Source of the DNA: an uncultured Desulfobacterales bacterium
GTDB taxonomy: Bacteria; Desulfobacterota; DSM-4660; Desulfatiglandales; JALVZP01
Assembly: GCA_964513995.1 (NCBI GenBank)
Contig: CAZEOQ010000004.1
Location: 23,719 to 87,718, forward strand
Direction: 5' to 3'
Length of the DNA stretch: 64,000 nt
Shown: piece by piece, positions 57,034 to 64,000 of the stretch
Numbering within the stretch: position 1 is the first letter of the stretch
Layout: every line of letters begins with the position of its first letter
Program-made: the position numbers and the translations under genes
Notes under the pieces: model-generated
What the model was told of the DNA's origin: nothing
Database searches by the model: none
Seen by the model: only the letters and a program-made list of their open reading frames with translations

Positions 57034-58000
57034 TTATCCTGAACTCCTCTTTTTCCAGGATGTCATAAAGGTGAATTATACCTTTTACACGACCAATATC
57101 GTCTATAATGACAAGATGAGTTATTCCATAAGATCCCATAATTGCCAGAGCTTCTGTTATACTCTTATTTTCGTCTATAATCTTTGGAGACTTTGTCATT
57201 ATCTGCTCTACCTTCATATCCTGTATTTCTCCATATTTGAGAAGAGCCCTTCTTATATCTCCATCACAGATTATTCCTGCAAGTCTTTCATCATCCTTTA
57301 CGACAACAGTTGCTCCTATCTTTTTTCTTTCAATCTCCTTTATTGCATCCTTTATAAGTGTTCCGACCTTTACTTTTGGAATCCTTTCTCCCCTGATCAT
57401 TATGTCCTTTACCCTGCTTGAAAGTCTTTCTCCAAGAGATCCTCCTGGATGATATCTCTTAAAGTCCTCCTTTGTAAAATTCCTTTTTTTCATAAGTGCA
57501 ACTGCAAGTGCATCTCCCATTGCAAGTGCTGCAGTGGTGCTTGCTGTAGGAGCAAGTCCCATTGGACATGCTTCCCTTTCTACTCCACAGTCTATTACAA
57601 TATCACACAGCTTTGCCATAGGAGAACTTAGGTCTCCAGTAAATCCTATAATCTTTACTCCCATCCTTTTCAGGATCGGAAGAATCCTGTTTATCTCAGC
57701 AGTCCTTCCTCCATTTGATATAGCAATGACTATGTCGTCCTTTGTAACCATTCCAAGATCACCATGAACAGCCTCTGCTGGATGAAGGAAGAAAGAAGGT
57801 GTTCCTGTGCTGTTCAGTGTTGCTGAAATCTTTCTTGCAACAAGTCCTGATTTCCCCATTCCAGTAAGGATTACCCTCCCACTTGAATTAAGTATTGCAT
57901 CTACTGCCTTCTCAAACTCATCACCTATCTTTTCTACAAGATTCAGTATTGCTTCTGCCTCAATTCTCAAGACCTGTTTTGCATTCTCAACCGTGCTCAT
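56999..58000 (-). CDS. kdsD: Arabinose-5-phosphate isomerase (KpsF/KdsD; SIS + CBS pair)
   Basis: The SIS domain shows GRVILTGMGKSGLVARKISATLNSTGTPSFFLHPAEAVHGDLGM. Two C-terminal CBS repeats follow. Confidence 0.9.
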   Translation of the reverse strand: MSTVENAKQVLRIEAEAILNLVEKIGDEFEKAVDAILNSSGRVILTGMGKSGLVARKISATLNSTGTPSFFLHPAEAVHGDLGMVTKDDIVIAISNGGRTAEINRILPILKRMGVKIIGFTGDLSSPMAKLCDIVIDCGVEREACPMGLAPTASTTAALAMGDALAVALMKKRNFTKEDFKRYHPGGSLGERLSSRVKDIMIRGERIPKVKVGTLIKDAIKEIERKKIGATVVVKDDERLAGIICDGDIRRALLKYGEIQDMKVEQIMTKSPKIIDENKSITEALAIMGSYGITHLVIIDDIGRVKGIIHLYDILEKEEFRINAGIPSKRSDS

Positions 58001-59664
58001 CCTGTAATTTTCTTACAGATCTGAAGATATTCTTTTGCCTGAGGAGAAAAAGGAAATTTTTCAAAACAGGATATGGCGTCCTGAATCCTTCCTTCATTCA
58101 TATAGCTTATTCCAAGACAGATATGAAGCTCCTCACTTTTTGGAAAATAACCTATCCCTTCTTCAAGGATCTCTATTGCTTCTTTATTCCTTCCCATCAT
58201 CTGAAGAAGTGATCCAAGTCCAAGATATGCCCTTTGATTTGGAGCATAACTTAAAGATGCTCTGTAAAGCTTTTCAGCAACCTTTTCCTTATCAGGAATG
58301 TTCATCCTTGAATAATCTCCATGACTGAATGTCATTGCAAGTCTTGAAAGAAAGTCTGCATGTTTTTCATAAAGGTCTTTTCTGTCTATAAGTAAAAGAG
58401 ATTCTGCAAATTCTGGAAGACTCCTGTAAAATTCATCTCTCAGTCTTTTTCCAAATTCAAGTATAAGCTCCTTTGAAAGACTTCTGTCAATCTCCCAATA
58501 CATGATCCCTTCAATCCTGTTCAGCCATACATCATCATCTATTCCAAGCTTTTTTATACTTTCATAAAGCTGTGTTCCAGGAAATATGTCAAGTATGTAA
58601 AACATACAGCTAAGAGGTTTTATCTTATGAATAAGATCTATCGTCTCATTTATTGTTTCCCAGCTTTCTGTTGGAGAGCCATATATGAAGTATGCCCTTG
58701 GAAGTATTCCGTATCTTCTCGTAAGATCAAATGCCCTGAGTATATTTTCTGTATCTAACGGCTTTCCAAGGATCTTTCTTATCCTTTCTGATCCACTTTC
58801 CACACCATAGCTTATCTGGATGCATCCTGCTTTTCTCATCCAAAAAAGGACATCTTCGTCAACACAATCAACCCTTGATATTGCATACCATGATATCTCA
58901 AGCTTCCTTTTTATTATCTCCTTGCATATGTCTATTGCCCTTTCTTTTTTTATCGTAAGATTGTCATCAGAAAAATAGAAAAAGTCTATTCCTTTTCTGT
59001 AAAGGATCTCTATTTCATCTACGAAATTTTTTGGAGACCTGAACCTTACCTTCCTTTCCCAAAAAAGTGGTGAACCACAGAATATGCAATTCCATGGACA
59101 TCCACGACTTGATATTACATGTCTGTATGTAAAGTATCTTGAAGGAATGGGAATTGAGTCAAGATCAGAAATGAGCTTTCTTTTTTCTGTCTTAAATGGC
59201 TTTCCATTCTTTCTAAAAGCAATCCCTTTTATCTCATGCTCTTTTTTCCCTTTTTCTATATCCCTTAAAAGCTCAAGAAATGTATATTCTGCTTCTCCAA
59301 GAAGGATATAGTCAACAGAAGGGAAATTCTTAAGGAAGTGCTTCCAGAGAAATGTTGCGCTTGGTCCTCCAAAAACAATCTTTATCTTTGGATCTATCTT
59401 TTTTGCAATCTCTGATATCTCTATTGCTGACCATCTGTTTGCATTAAGAACTGAAAATCCTATTATGTCAGGTCCTATCTTCCTTATCTCTTCTTCTATA
59501 TATCCCCTTTCCTTTTCCTCGTACCAGTTTATTATCTCAACATCATATCCATTTTCCTTAAGGACTGATGCAACATAGTATATCCCAATAGGAGGAACTT
59601 TTATGTCTTCTTCGTAAAATACCCTTTTTTCAAGGGGATAGGAATATACGAGGAGGATCTTCAT
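57997..59664 (-). CDS. B12-binding-domain radical SAM protein with C-terminal TPR repeats
   Basis: There is an N-terminal cobalamin-binding-like Rossmann domain (KILLV...PPIGIYYVASVL). The radical SAM triad is SSRGCPWNCIFCGS. The C-terminus carries about 3 TPR units. Confidence 0.8.
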   Translation of the reverse strand: MKILLVYSYPLEKRVFYEEDIKVPPIGIYYVASVLKENGYDVEIINWYEEKERGYIEEEIRKIGPDIIGFSVLNANRWSAIEISEIAKKIDPKIKIVFGGPSATFLWKHFLKNFPSVDYILLGEAEYTFLELLRDIEKGKKEHEIKGIAFRKNGKPFKTEKRKLISDLDSIPIPSRYFTYRHVISSRGCPWNCIFCGSPLFWERKVRFRSPKNFVDEIEILYRKGIDFFYFSDDNLTIKKERAIDICKEIIKRKLEISWYAISRVDCVDEDVLFWMRKAGCIQISYGVESGSERIRKILGKPLDTENILRAFDLTRRYGILPRAYFIYGSPTESWETINETIDLIHKIKPLSCMFYILDIFPGTQLYESIKKLGIDDDVWLNRIEGIMYWEIDRSLSKELILEFGKRLRDEFYRSLPEFAESLLLIDRKDLYEKHADFLSRLAMTFSHGDYSRMNIPDKEKVAEKLYRASLSYAPNQRAYLGLGSLLQMMGRNKEAIEILEEGIGYFPKSEELHICLGISYMNEGRIQDAISCFEKFPFSPQAKEYLQICKKITG

Positions 59665-62660
59665 ATCTGGAAAAGGCTGAGCTGTTTTGCAAAAATCTTT
59701 TTCTTCTTTTCCATCTTTTCACTTTTTACGATATCTTCTGGAATCTCTTTTATAAAAGGAGACGGAGAACTTTTTATGATCCTTCCATTAATCCTTCTCC
59801 TTTTTGCACATGAAAGTATAAGAAGGTCTTTTGCCCTTGTCATTCCTACATAAAAAAGTCTTTTTTCCTCTTCTTCTTCTGCATCCCTGTAAGGAATTAT
59901 CCCATCCTCCAATCCTATTATAAACACCACCTTCCATTCAAGTCCTTTTGATGCATGAATCGTCATAAGAGATACCCTGTCTCCTTTTAGCTGAAGGTGA
60001 TCAATTCCTCTTTCAAGCATTACTGTATCAAGAAAAGAAGACAGGTCATCCTTAAAGGAAAGGGCAATCTCTTTTATCCTTTCTACTGCCTTTTTTGAGT
60101 CTTTATCAAGTTCAATCCTGTGTGCTTCTATAATCCTGTCTATTACTTCACATACAGGACCAGATATCTCCACATCTGAAGCAGAAAGACCATTTTCTGA
60201 AATTATCCTTTTGTAGGAATTCAGAAAATAGCTGTTTTTGTAAAGCTTATAAAGAAGATATCTGCATATAAGATTTACTGGAAAGATCTCTCTTAGAGGA
60301 GTTTCTCCTGATCTTATATACGGAATTCCTGCCTTTTTTAAAGCCTCTTCCACAGGATCTCCAAGTGAGTTTATCCTGTAAAGAACAGCAATATCACTGA
60401 ATGAGATATTGTAGTTTTCATGACCAAGGACCTTTTTGCTGTCTAAGGAAAAATAAGAGATTCCTCCAATAAGCTTTTCTATCTTTTCTGCAACAAATCT
60501 TGCCTCTTCTTTTTCCGTAGAAAACTGAAAAATACTTATTTTTTCTCCTTCTTCCTTTCTCTCACACTCCATACTCTCTTTTTTCATAAATGCTGAAGCA
60601 GCCTTAAGGATCCTTTCTGTAGACCTATAATTCCTTTTTAAGACGATCTTTTTTGCTCCTCTGAAGTCTTCCTCAAATCTAAAGAAGTTTTCTCTTTCAG
60701 CTCCCCTGAATCCATATATTGCCTGATCAGGATCACCAATTGCAAATATCTTGCTTCCAGCCTTTGCAAGACTTTTCAGGATATCTACCTGAACTGAATT
60801 TGTGTCCTGATATTCATCAACAAATATGAATGGTCTTTTTTCTGAAAGCTCTTTAGAGACTTCAGGAAAGCTTTCAAGAAGTCTTTTTGTCTCAATCTCA
60901 AGATCATCAAGATCAAGCATGTTTAGCTCTTTTAGTCTTTTTCTATAATTCTCAAAAAAGCTTAAGACCTTTTTATCAGAAACCTCTTTTCCCCTTTTCA
61001 GGAATGGAATAAGGTCAAGAAGCTTTGTATAGAGCCTTTTTTCTGGAACTATCTCTTTCAGTATCTCCTGTCTTTCCCATTCAGAACATACTGTAAAGTT
61101 TTCTTCTATTCCAAGAAGAGATCCTTTTTCCCTAAGCAAAGAAAGACAGAATGAATGAAATGTAGATATCCATACATCTGAAGGACCAATAAGGTTTTCT
61201 ATCCTTTTTCTCATCTCTTCTTCTGCTTTTCTCGTAAATGTAAGAGCAAGGATCTGATCAGCTTTTGCAATCCCTGATTTTATAAGATGAGCAATCTTTT
61301 GAGTAAGTGTAAATGTCTTTCCTGATCCTGGTCCTGCAACTATTATGAGATGTCCTTCTTTGTGAAGGACTGCTTCTTTTTGTTCAGGATTTAGACCTTC
61401 TAAAACAGGGCTTTCTTCTTTTTTTTCAAATGAAAAAAGAAGAGCTTGTCCAGAAAGCTTCCTCTTTTCATCCTCATCAAATATCCTTATCTTTCCATAT
61501 TCTCCATCATATCCAGGTTTTTTTATGACCTGCTTTTTTCTCATCCTTCTTATTGCTTCTGCAAGAAGAAGTCCAGCCTTTTTCTCTATCTGATCTTCTG
61601 GAACTTCCATAAGTATAGATATCTCAGAACCAAATTCAGATATCAGCCTTTCATACTCATCCTTTACTTTTTTGCTTTCTGGACTGCTTTCCATTATCTC
61701 TGATATAATCTCGCAAAGAGGTATAAGATACCAGAAATCTTTTGTTATCTTTGGCTCGGTTCTGTCTGCAAGCTCATATACCCTGTGAAGAACACCAATT
61801 GTAAGAGGACTTCCACATACAGGACACCTATTTCCAAGCTTTATACTCTCTTTTGGATCAAGACATACATTGCATCTTCTGTGTCCGTCAAAGTGATATT
61901 TTCCTTCTTCTGGAAAGAATTCTATTGTCCCAAGAAATCCTTCACCTGTCTTCATTGCATGTATTATGTCTTTGTAGCTAAGATCTGTATCAAAAACATT
62001 TGCTTCTCTTCCGATTCTCATAAGTGAATGTGCATCAGAATTTGATACGAGAATGTATCTGTCAAGAGAAGATACAAGACGGTTCATTGGTGGATCTGAA
62101 GAAAGACCTGTCTCAAGTGCATATATGTGATCTTTAAGTTCTTCAAAGCATTCTTCAATGCTGTCAAATCCTGACATTGATCCAAAAAGAGAAAACCATG
62201 GAGTCCATATGTGTGCAGGGATAAGAAAGGACTTTTCTGATGTTTCTAAAACCAATGAAAGAAGTTCTTTTGAATCTATTCCAAGAGCTGGTCTTCCATC
62301 TGCTTCAAGATTCCCTATCCTTTCAAGTTTTCTGTTCAACTTTTCTGCTGTTTCTATGTCTGGAAGAAGAACAAGATGATGTATCTTTCTTATTTTTTTA
62401 TCCTTTTTATAGATACACCCTATTTCACCAGAAATAACAAACCTTACCTTTTCATTTCCTTCAACCTTATACAGCCCATCTTCTGCCTGTTTTAGTTTCT
62501 GTTTTAGCTCTGAAAGCCATGCAGGATGAGTAAAGTCTCCTGTCCCTATAACAGTTATTCCTTTTTTTTCAGCCCATTTTGCTATGTTTTCAGGAGTAAG
62601 AAGATGTGATGTTGCTCTTGAATATGGAGAATGGATGTGGAAGTCTGCAACAAATTTCAT
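59661..62660 (-). CDS. Fusion protein: N-terminal EndoQ-like PHP nuclease domain + C-terminal UvrD/PcrA-type SF1 helicase
   Basis: Residues 1-~425 show DFHIHSPYS, GTGDFTHP, IPAHIWTPW, SNSDAHS, GKYHFDGHRRC..C....CPVCGSPLTIGVLHRV and PGYDGEYGKIRIF. This matches the layout of archaeal endonuclease Q / TIGR00375 proteins. Residues ~430-999 show LNPEQKEAV, AGPGSGKT, VDEYQDTN, GDPDQAIYGFRGA, TIHASKGLEW and YVGMTRAK. Confidence 0.8.
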   Translation of the reverse strand: MKFVADFHIHSPYSRATSHLLTPENIAKWAEKKGITVIGTGDFTHPAWLSELKQKLKQAEDGLYKVEGNEKVRFVISGEIGCIYKKDKKIRKIHHLVLLPDIETAEKLNRKLERIGNLEADGRPALGIDSKELLSLVLETSEKSFLIPAHIWTPWFSLFGSMSGFDSIEECFEELKDHIYALETGLSSDPPMNRLVSSLDRYILVSNSDAHSLMRIGREANVFDTDLSYKDIIHAMKTGEGFLGTIEFFPEEGKYHFDGHRRCNVCLDPKESIKLGNRCPVCGSPLTIGVLHRVYELADRTEPKITKDFWYLIPLCEIISEIMESSPESKKVKDEYERLISEFGSEISILMEVPEDQIEKKAGLLLAEAIRRMRKKQVIKKPGYDGEYGKIRIFDEDEKRKLSGQALLFSFEKKEESPVLEGLNPEQKEAVLHKEGHLIIVAGPGSGKTFTLTQKIAHLIKSGIAKADQILALTFTRKAEEEMRKRIENLIGPSDVWISTFHSFCLSLLREKGSLLGIEENFTVCSEWERQEILKEIVPEKRLYTKLLDLIPFLKRGKEVSDKKVLSFFENYRKRLKELNMLDLDDLEIETKRLLESFPEVSKELSEKRPFIFVDEYQDTNSVQVDILKSLAKAGSKIFAIGDPDQAIYGFRGAERENFFRFEEDFRGAKKIVLKRNYRSTERILKAASAFMKKESMECERKEEGEKISIFQFSTEKEEARFVAEKIEKLIGGISYFSLDSKKVLGHENYNISFSDIAVLYRINSLGDPVEEALKKAGIPYIRSGETPLREIFPVNLICRYLLYKLYKNSYFLNSYKRIISENGLSASDVEISGPVCEVIDRIIEAHRIELDKDSKKAVERIKEIALSFKDDLSSFLDTVMLERGIDHLQLKGDRVSLMTIHASKGLEWKVVFIIGLEDGIIPYRDAEEEEEKRLFYVGMTRAKDLLILSCAKRRRINGRIIKSSPSPFIKEIPEDIVKSEKMEKKKKIFAKQLSLFQI

Positions 62661-62923
62661 CTTTCACTATCTTCTTCCTCTATTTCTAAGGATTCAAGAC
62701 TTATAGGCTCAATTTCAACCTCTTTTTTCTGTTCCTCTATCCTGAGTGAACTGAGGTCAACAGATTCAAGTTCTAATTCTTTTTCTTCCTTTAGCCAGTT
62801 TACAGAACCTTCCCTTGTTGGAAAAATTATAATCCTTCTTTTGACCTCTGAAAGATCCATTCCACAGTTAGGGCATACTTCATTTGAATCAAAACTTATA
62901 TAATTGCACTTTGGACACTTCAT
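62657..62923 (-). CDS. Small zinc-ribbon protein with an acidic tail
   Basis: [21 protein letters not shown] is a CxxC...CxxC ribbon. The C-terminal half is Glu-rich. ATGA overlaps occur on both sides. Confidence 0.5.
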   Translation of the reverse strand: MKCPKCNYISFDSNEVCPNCGMDLSEVKRRIIIFPTREGSVNWLKEEKELELESVDLSSLRIEEQKKEVEIEPISLESLEIEEEDSER

Positions 62924-63570
62924 TTAAGATCCTTTACCTTTTCCCAATCCTTAAGGAATCTTTCTATTCCTATATCAGTAAGTGGATGTCTTACAAGCTG
63001 CATAAGGACACGAAAAGGAATTGTTGCAATGTGAGCACCAGAAAGTGCTGCTTCAAGGACATGAATAGGATGCCTTATACTGGCAACTATTACCTGTGTC
63101 TTAAATTCATAGTTTCTGTATATTGTGAGTATCTTTCTTACGAGATCCATTCCTATGTGACTTATATCATCAAGTCTTCCAACAAATGGACTTATGTATG
63201 TTGCTCCTGCCTTTGCTGCAAGGAGTGCCTGTGTTGGAGAAAAGCAAAGTGTGACATTTGTCTTTATTCCTTCCTGTGAAAGGATTCTTACAGCCTTAAG
63301 TCCTTCTTCTGTAAGTGGTATCTTTATTACTATGTTTGGTGCAATCTTTGAAAGCTCTCTTGCCTCTTTTACCATTCCATCTTTGTCAAGACTTACTGCC
63401 TCTACACTTACAGGTCCTTCAACAATCCTGCATATCTCTTCTATAAGCTTTCTTGGACTTTTCCCTTCTTTTGATATAAGAGTAGGATTTGTTGTTACAC
63501 CATCTATAAGTCCAAGCTCTACTGCTTTTTTTATCTCATCAAGGTTTGCAGTATCAATGAAGAACTTCAT
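62920..63570 (-). CDS. tal: Transaldolase / fructose-6-phosphate aldolase (short, subfamily 3B)
   Basis: [14 protein letters not shown]....[22 protein letters not shown]. Confidence 0.9.
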   Translation of the reverse strand: MKFFIDTANLDEIKKAVELGLIDGVTTNPTLISKEGKSPRKLIEEICRIVEGPVSVEAVSLDKDGMVKEARELSKIAPNIVIKIPLTEEGLKAVRILSQEGIKTNVTLCFSPTQALLAAKAGATYISPFVGRLDDISHIGMDLVRKILTIYRNYEFKTQVIVASIRHPIHVLEAALSGAHIATIPFRVLMQLVRHPLTDIGIERFLKDWEKVKDLK

Positions 63571-63797
63571 CCATCTCCCTCCTTCATCTTTTTTTCAAAT
63601 ATGTCAGCACACTCCTTTGAACAAAAAAAATACCTCTTTCCACCTATCTCCCTCATATATGCCTGTTCCTTTGGTATGTAGGTCTTGCAGTTTGGATCCT
63701 GTATCATCTCTCCTATATCATAAGATTCTTTTTTTTCCTTTTTTACAAAAAGCCTGTAAAGGACATAGATGAGGATTGCTAAAAGTAAAATTCTCAT
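63567..63797 (-). CDS. YHS/TRASH-domain small membrane protein
   Basis: An N-terminal transmembrane segment is followed by [14 protein letters not shown]...YFFCSKEC, the YHS-type metal-binding motif. Confidence 0.65.
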   Translation of the reverse strand: MRILLLAILIYVLYRLFVKKEKKESYDIGEMIQDPNCKTYIPKEQAYMREIGGKRYFFCSKECADIFEKKMKEGDG

Positions 63798-63800
63798 CTT

Positions 63801-64000
63801 TCAGTCTCTTATCTTTATGACCTTTTGTCCTTCTTCAGGAACAAGCTCAAGTATTTCTTTTATCTTTTTGTTCAAAACTGGATGAACAAGATCTGGCTCA
63901 ATCTGACTCATAGGAACAAGGACAAACCTTCTTTCGTGCATAAGGGGATGTGGAATCTTAAGCTCTTCAGTGTCTATTACTATGTCTTCAAAAAGGAGTA
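63801..64000 (-). CDS. folK: 2-amino-4-hydroxy-6-hydroxymethyldihydropteridine pyrophosphokinase, C-terminal fragment; 5' end lies outside the window
   Basis: The reverse-strand frame is open from the window edge to TGA (63803-63801). The translation ...DTEELKIPHPLMHERRFVLVPMSQIEPDLVHP... contains the HPPK motif L.iPHP....R.FVL.P. It is absent from the ORF track because no start codon lies within the window. Confidence 0.8.
   Translation of the reverse strand, partial: LLFEDIVIDTEELKIPHPLMHERRFVLVPMSQIEPDLVHPVLNKKIKEILELVPEEGQKVIKIRD

Noticed and set aside
63194-63772. A 192-aa + strand ORF spans the transaldolase and YHS genes.
   Set aside because: It lies entirely antisense to two well-supported genes. 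Its composition is Ser/Phe/Leu-rich with no motifs, which is typical of a shadow ORF in AT-rich DNA.

Overview
This is a gene-dense, AT-rich chromosomal segment. It is almost entirely coding, and many adjacent genes overlap by 4 nt (ATGA-type). It carries about 70 CDS and two tRNA-Arg genes. I found no rRNA, CRISPR array, transposase, integrase or prophage signature. The gene content points to a diderm, probably thermophilic, anaerobic bacterium: LptF/LptG, KpsF and a Kdo/WaaP-type kinase, system II cytochrome c biogenesis, SecDF-YajC, and K/E/I-rich proteins. Phylum cannot be assigned from the sequence alone. Most genes are housekeeping: queA-tgt-yajC-secD-secF, gyrA, gpsA, trkAH, ClC channel, hisD, glcD/glcF-like, coaBC, UDG family 4, pdxA, dut, rlmN, tal, folK. 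Five things deserve a second look. (1) A DUF1573 gene is interrupted by a single in-frame TGA exactly at the first Cys of the family's C-G-C-T motif. A perfect 8-bp hairpin starts 11 nt downstream. This makes it a candidate selenoprotein, and it sits in a cluster with a membrane rhodanese and a MauE/DoxX protein. (2) An F-type Fo cluster runs atpZ-atpI-atpB, then a fused triple-hairpin c subunit, then a single c subunit, then a fused b'-b stalk. The triple c keeps the ion-binding Glu in only one of its three hairpins. The single c carries a two-carboxylate Na+-type signature. A Na+ symporter gene lies directly upstream. (3) A second, separate atpZ-atpI-atpB-atpE module lies 10 kb away. (4) A 999-aa protein fuses an EndoQ-like PHP nuclease to a UvrD-type helicase, inside a translationally coupled operon that also holds two radical SAM enzymes. 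(5) Several family members appear to lack canonical catalytic residues: a Tpt1/KptA-like protein, an FdhD-like protein, a DapA-like protein and a short UvrA. All product calls rest on motif recognition by eye; no database search was run.
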